A model generated the notes under the pieces. The model was given only the letters and a program-made list of their open reading frames with translations, was not told where the DNA came from and made no database searches. A stretch of 64,000 bases of DNA. Origin: Isurus oxyrinchus. Taxonomy: Eukaryota. Shown piece by piece: positions 63,523 through 64,000 of this stretch. The translations under genes and the position numbers were made by a program. Where the stretch lies: assembly GCA_026770705.1 (NCBI GenBank), contig JANJGN010000013.1:104346001-104410000 (forward strand). The letters are read 5' to 3'. Numbering within the stretch: the first letter of the stretch is position 1; each line of letters begins with the position of its first letter.

Positions 63523-64000
63523 TTGATAATGTGGTATTCAAAGGACCCAAGATAATATTGTGCACCTGGGCTAATACAATAATCACAATTTAAATGAAGA
63601 TATAACAGGAAGGATTCAAAACTTTAAAATGCAGTGACTGCTGTGTTGGTTTCAAAACATCACAAGCAAACAAGGACCACTTCCAGATCCTCAAAGAAGC
63701 AGCTATCAGATGTGAAAAAAAGTTACCATATGCTGGAAAAGAAAATATTCAAAATAGATGCAAATGGTGTGAAATGCCTGTCTCCAACTTCAACCAAGCA
63801 GTCAGTGACAATCAGATCTGGCAAAGTCATTATGAGACTTTTTCCATTTATGAGAAATAGCTTTTTCAAGTGGGATAATCAGCAATAAAAGGTTGCCAGC
63901 AACAAAAAGCTAAAGCACAAAGTAACCACTGTGATGCCCGATATGACAGCAGGATTATGAAAACAAACCCAGTTGTCTTGGGAAAAGTTAAGTCACCAGA

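Noticed and set aside
29002-64000. BLTP3 coding exon 1 (expected MAGIIKKQILKHLS) and promoter
   Set aside because: No matching codons or CpG island found by eye; intron 1 apparently extends beyond the window (more than 35 kb).

Overview
Eukaryotic, repeat-rich vertebrate genomic DNA. The repeat complement (many CR1 LINE families, Penelope-like elements, tRNA-derived SINEs, Tx1, L2) looks like a cartilaginous fish (shark); this is inference, not a database match. The whole window lies inside one minus-strand gene of the BLTP3/UHRF1BP1 (VPS13-like, chorein_N lipid-transfer) family, most likely BLTP3A. Coding exons 2-5 are at 28839-29001, 16590-16628, 1309-1400 and 813-1002. All have GT-AG boundaries and splice in one continuous frame. 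Exon 1 and exon 6 are not in the window. Nearly all other ORFs in the track are decayed retrotransposon fragments or noise. The most notable signals are: (1) young Penelope-like insertions with target-site duplications carrying a minimal hammerhead-ribozyme motif with a variant CUGUCGA core, two of them sense in the host pre-mRNA and embedded in 60-70 bp hairpins; (2) a local inverted duplication and two micro-inversions inside CR1 copies; (3) two opposed CR1 copies sharing a 15-nt RT deletion and bracketing exons 2-3; (4) a SINE/LINE pair with a shared 3' tail. No CRISPR, rRNA or bona fide tRNA genes were seen. Boundaries of old repeats are approximate, and family names and human protein comparisons come from memory.
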